From the human T2T-CHM13v2.0 reference genome, Homo sapiens: a stretch of DNA of 64,000 bases. The translations under genes were made by a program, and so were the position numbers. The DNA lies in assembly GCF_009914755.1 (NCBI RefSeq), contig NC_060940.1; one strand, given 5' to 3'. The notes under the pieces were generated by a model. The model worked only from the letters and a program-made list of their open reading frames with translations. It searched no databases and had not been told where the DNA came from. Positions 45,808 to 64,000 of the stretch are shown one piece after another (the first letter of the stretch is position 1; each line of letters starts with the position of its first letter).

Positions 45808-45961
45808 GTCTTATTCCCCCTACAAGTGGATGTGCATATGTCAATGGATATGAAATTTCACAAGAGATATTTCACATTAGGAAGAGCCTGGGCTGGTGCC
45901 CCAACATGATGTCTTATCTGATAAGTTAACAGTAGCAGAACATCTTTCTTTCTATGGTCAG
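45808..45961 (+). pseudogene. ABCA17P: ABCA17P NBD1 Q-loop exon ([32 protein letters not shown] / [20 protein letters not shown]), 1-bp deletion
   Basis: 154 bp, tctag/gtgagt. One C lost from the run at 45899-45902, giving TAA at 45927-45929. Confidence 0.93.
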
Positions 45962-46154
45962 GTGAGTCGATGGATAACAGGGATTTGTTTCCTCTGTATC
46001 CACTCTTGGGAATGATGAGATAGACTGCAGCTCTCTGATTCAACTCAGGGTAGGTCTTTTTTTTTTTTTTTTTTTGAGATGGAGTCTTGCTCTGTCACCA
46101 GGCTGGAGTGCAGTGGCGTGATCTCAGCTCACTGCAACCTCCTGGGAGTGTCTT

Positions 46155-47350
<1,196 letters not shown>

Positions 47351-47477
47351 GTCTTGAAACCTCTTCTGGACACTATTCCTTAAACATTCAGGAAGGGTGA
47401 AGGGCATGGCGTTTAAGTCAAGATTTCTGAGTTAAAGGATTTCTACAAATGACTGTATTTGAATTTTTATATATTTT

Positions 47478-52300
<4,823 letters not shown>

Positions 52301-52377
52301 ACTTTTTAACATCGTAAGTTTATTTACATGGTTCAAATGCAAAAGCCTTTGTCCATCCCTTTCCCTGAAGGTAATGA

Positions 52378-54455
<2,078 letters not shown>

Positions 54456-55355
54456 ATCTCCCTGCTCCTTTTTACTAATATGGGTTAATATAATCTAGCA
54501 GATCACTGAAAGAATACTGCACCATGTAGTTCATTGAAAGACTACTATACCATATTGAAAGGATTGTTTGATAGTATCATTTATCAATAAAATTTCCCAT
54601 AATATGTCAAAAAGAAATCACCATGTATTCATCCACATATAATAATTTACTTAGGAATGCAGATAAGAGCATGGCCAGCCAGGAGAGGCCTGAGTCCTTA
54701 ACCCCACCTCCCTTCAGAGAGCACAGTGCTGCAGTGGCTGGCCCCAAGTCTGATGCAGCCAGGGCAGCTTTCCCTGTGAGGCCTGCCAGGTAAAACCTTG
54801 TAATTACCTATAGTCGGGCCTGAAAAATCATACATGGGTTTTTAACCATGAGCCAGACTCCTCAACACACAAACAAAATCTCATCATAAATTTAAAAACA
54901 GAAGTCACTTCTGCTTCCAGTCATGATGGAGTAACTGATAAAGAGCATACCCTCCCACTAAAACTCGACAAAAATATATGAAGCCATTTCAGATATTAAG
55001 CATTAGGAAGTCCAGGACCATGTGTGATTCTTCAGAGAAGAGAAACACTAAAGAGAGGCCTATATTTGCCCCAGCTCTTCGGCTTGGGCACTTTCCAAAA
55101 CATGGCCCAGAAAAGTAAAGGCAAATCAGAGTGTAGCAGTGAACTTGCTGAGCTGAGAAGGTAGAGATGAGAGGTCAGAGCTCCTGAAGTGTCTGGACTT
55201 TGTGGGACTAGGACAGGAGAAGAGAAAGCTGGTAAGAGAGGGAGGGCCCCAAAAGTCTCTGTGCGGGTTCACTTGAATCTGTGGCTGAGGGCTGGGCTGT
55301 ACAAGAGCAGGCTAAGAGTTCATGGTGCATAGCACAGAGCAGCTACTGTGAGCCT

Positions 55356-55491
55356 GAGCTGTTGACTCAGCTGTGCTGTTGGCTCTGCTGGGCTGTTGGC
55401 TCTGCTGGGCTGTTGACTCAGCTGGGCTGTTGGCTGTGCTGGGCTGTTGACTCAGCTGGGCTGTTGACTCTGCGGGGCTATTGGCTCTGCC
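55356..55491 (+). repeat. 17-bp minisatellite, 8 units, consensus GGGCTGTTG(A/G)CTC(A/T)GCT
   Basis: Seen directly; TGACTCA at 55363, 55414, 55448 (spacing 51 and 34). Confidence 0.93.
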
Positions 55492-55805
55492 TCTTAAATA
55501 GTGTGGTTACTTCGTTTTTCATGAAAGATGGTTGACATTTGTAGCAGAGCAGCTTCATTTGCCTGCTTCCTGCTTGTAGGAGGTTGACTAGAGGCCACTT
55601 TTCACTTTGAACTCTCTCTGTCCCTTTTTGTGTAAGCTGATACAATTTATTTAAATACTTTGTAGGTTTCCTATGTATCACATTATGAAATACAGTTTGT
55701 TAGACTATGGTCACACTCACAATATCTTCAACACAAGTCTGTCTACCTTGGGCTGAGAGCCATGGAGATATGGGACAACACTGTTATGATTTTAATTTTT
55801 TTTAA

Positions 55806-56123
<318 letters not shown>

Positions 56124-56158
56124 TAAAAGCTTTTGTCCAGATGATGAGAGTCTGTGAG

Positions 56159-56889
56159 CAGTGGTATGTGTGCTGCTAAATATTTAGCTATTCTCCATGA
56201 AAAAAAGTATGCATATATATGTATATAATTGTATTATAAATTTTACTGATATAAAGAATGTGTAGCACACAATTTACAAATCATGATAAAATATACAGTA
56301 TTCTTTATTGTAACTTTCATTTAGCCAATTTAGTCTCACAGTACGTTTATGTTGATGTTTGCCAAACTCTCATATTCATAGTCAACTATGGTTGCAGTTC
56401 AGCTATTATTTGCCAGGTTTTTTTTTTAATGCTAGTCATCATATAATGGCATGACATTCTTTTAAACATTCTAACACTTTCTTGAGTCTAAACAGCCAAC
56501 AAGACAATTAGTAAGGCCTGATTTGCAGCTTTTGCTGATGTCTGTGGTGTAAATACTCCCACCACAGCCAATTTCATGTTACCAGAGTGAAATTACTGAA
56601 TGTGGCATTGGGAAGAAATGTTCAGTAACACTCTGTAATATTCCTACCCTAAAGACACAATAGAGTTAAATAACCTCAAGAACATAGATAATAGTATTAA
56701 ATACAATGGAGTAAAAGAATGAGGAATCAGTGAGTTTTAATTAATACCTTCCCTTTACTGTGATTCGTTAATTTTAAATTTATATAACTTAATTTTTTTA
56801 AATGGTTGTAACAACCAGCTCACAGAATTTCTGAAAATTTAACAATTGGCTCTCAAGAGCTTGTATAAGTCAGCTTCAGCACACCACAT
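56159..56889 (-). mobile_element. MER63-like (hAT-Blackjack) element
   Basis: CAGTGGT... and ...CAGCACACCAC termini; internal gtggtgtaaatactcccacca. Confidence 0.7.
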
Positions 56890-56953
56890 TTGAGAGGTGC
56901 ACTTTTAAACCTTTCTGAGGTCTTGACAAAGGACCTTATAGCTGCACAGTTAA

Positions 56954-57438
<485 letters not shown>

Positions 57439-57439
57439 T

Positions 57440-58345
57440 TTTTTCTCTAAACTTCTGATGAACATTTGATTATTTCCTTTTTAAATTTATTTCTCTCGTG
57501 GTTAAATCATAGGCAGCTATAAGAAACCAGCTGGCACTTTCAACATTATAACTGGAAATCTCCATAGGAACTTATCCACAAGCTCATTAAATACCCTTTC
57601 AATCTTTCTTGTTACTGCAGGTAAGAGTGTTGCCAAACCTTCTGCACCAAATAACATGAGAAATAACAATTTCCTCACTGTTCTTCCAGCCTCTGTCTAG
57701 AGTTCCCTTGAGGCTCCTCTTGCCTTCATCCTGCTATCTGGTCCCACAGCCATGCCAGATGTTGTAGGTTTTTGTCACAGTGCTTCTGGTGCCAAATTTT
57801 GTTTCAGTTGTATACTATATAACAAATTATCCCCAAGTTTTCTGACTTCATATGACAACCATTTTACTGCCGATCATGATTCTGTAGCTTGCCTGGGCTC
57901 AGCTGGACAGATATTATGCTCTAAATAATGTTGGCTGGGGCTACAGGTATCTGGGGCCTAGAATGGGTTGGAATATCCGAGGTGGTTCATTCTCATGTCT
58001 GGGATGATGGTACTGGCTATCAACTGGGAGCTCACTAGGGCTGCTGACTGGCGCACCCAGTACCCCTCCATGTAGGTTCTCGGTGTGGTTTGAGTGTCTC
58101 ATAGCATGACAGCTGGGTTCCAAGAAGAAGCATCCCAAGAGTGCATGTTTCAAAAGAAAGCAAAGACAGCCACGTCTCTTAAGGCCTGGGCTCAGAAATA
58201 CCAACACAACACTTCCGTCACATTCTATTGCTCAGAGCAGCCAAAGGGGAGGGGAAGTAAGCACCACTTCTTGATGTGAGACGTGCCATGCTCAATCAGG
58301 GAGGGCAGAAATTGTTAGGCCATCTTCTCAGAGTAGCTATGTCAC
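57440..58345. mobile_element. MLT1-type (ERVL-MaLR) internal remnant and LTR
   Basis: ataacaaattatccccaa...ctgggctcagctgg...ctctcatagcatg-like...cacttccgtcacattctattg, MLT1-like. Confidence 0.65.
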
Positions 58346-58349
58346 AGAA

Positions 58350-61330
<2,981 letters not shown>

Positions 61331-62252
61331 TACTGTGATCTTGTTGGCAAGACAGTAGCAATAGCATGAGTACAATTTCAGTAACTGGAAACTGAATGAA
61401 GAGCAAGATAGTGAACATACTGAGGGTGTGACTGTTGATCATATTCAGTAAATAGTATTTGCTGAATATTTAACACAGGGGGGCTACTTTGCTAAGCATC
61501 TTTACATTTTTCTCAATCCTTACAACTTTTTGAATTAGGTAATATCTGTCTTACAGGTGAGGGAAGATTTGGAAAGGTGAAACAACTAGCTCAAAGTCAC
61601 AAAACTTGTAAGTGACAGAGTCTAGACTCAAACCCAGCCATGATTAGTTTATAACCATTGTCTGCTCACAGGGACACACACAAAGCCCCTGCAGACCTCG
61701 TATAGGCATCTGGCATATGTGTCTGGTTTCTTAAAAGTTGGACACTAGGTTGTGAGAGAATAGAAGCCTTCATTGTAGAACATTATGATGGATTTCTTAA
61801 TATCACAAACAAAAGCCATGATTGTTTTAATTTAAAAAAAATGGAAAGCATGTTTGAGAAAGGTTTTAACATTAGCAGGCTAAAAGAATTAGCTCCTTTC
61901 CTCGCTTAAATAACAATTAAAACCACTCTCTCTGGAGACGAAAGGCCTGAGCTTGAGTCCTGGCTCTTCTGCTTCTGGCTGTGTGGCCTCAGGGAAGTTT
62001 CTTAACTTCTCAGCACTGTCCTCAAAGAGCTGTTGAAAGCATCCACAGACCTTAATACAGAGTTAATAGGTAAAAAACTGTGAAGGGCCCCTGACATTCA
62101 CATAGTTATAAAGCTAATGACAAAGCTGGTGTTTGAAAAAATACGTTCCTGACTCCAAAGTCCATGCTTTTTCCCCAGTAGAGAGCCAAGGGCAGTGATG
62201 AAAGGGATTCACCTTACACCTTTCAGGACTAAAACCATTTCTTTCCTTCCAG

Positions 62253-62351
62253 GTTTGAATCTCTATTTACTGACTTGGAACTGAGGCAGGTAGAGCTGGG
62301 CATCTCCAGCTTTGGGGCCTCTGTCATGACCATGGAGGATGTCTTCATAAG
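62253..62351 (+). pseudogene. ABCA17P: ABCA17P exon ([34 protein letters not shown]), R1 regulatory region
   Basis: 99 bp, ttccag/gtaagc; LGIxSFGxSxTxEEVF-type motif. Confidence 0.93.
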
Positions 62352-62514
62352 GTAAGCACGTATAAAACTGTAAGACTCCAAGGTTCTTAGGGTTGGAAGG
62401 GATCTTAAAGGTCATCTGTCTAAACATTGCCTAATGCTTGAATCTTTTCTGTAGCAACCTCACTGAATGGCCTTCCAGCCTCTGACTAGTACTTCCAATA
62501 ACAGGGATACCTGA

Positions 62515-63907
<1,393 letters not shown>

Positions 63908-64000
63908 TAAAAAATATTTCCCTACCCTTAGGTCACAAAGTCATGCTTCTACTTTTTGTTCTAGGAATTTTATCATTTTAGCTTTTACATTAGGTCTGTG

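Overview
Primate, almost certainly human, genomic DNA dense in Alu and L1 repeats. I recognise it as the head-to-head ABCA3 / ABCA17P locus (16p13.3). A CpG island at ~5.9-8.7 kb holds ABCA3 non-coding exon 1 on the minus strand (donor GTGAGT at 6957); positions 1-6957 are ABCA3 intron 1. On the plus strand I reconstruct 10 remnant coding exons of the unprocessed ABC-A transporter pseudogene ABCA17P (27.5-62.4 kb). They show a broken donor, three frameshifts and two multi-exon gaps that remove Walker A and Walker B. Most notable observations: (1) the signature-motif exon at 52489-52641 looks like a recent, GC/CpG-rich copy of ABCA3 itself (gene conversion or templated patch); (2) the bidirectional promoter core is a degenerate tandem repeat of a CTCF+NRF1 module; (3) a latent spliced 313-codon ORF survives in the pseudogene; (4) a ~305-bp inverted duplication sits inside an old L1; (5) two minisatellites are built from TF-like motifs; (6) there is a young 151-bp tandem duplication. 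Gene identities and ABCA3/mouse Abca17 comparisons are from memory and need alignment. Repeat boundaries and subfamilies are approximate. No intact protein-coding CDS, tRNA, rRNA or CRISPR array is present.
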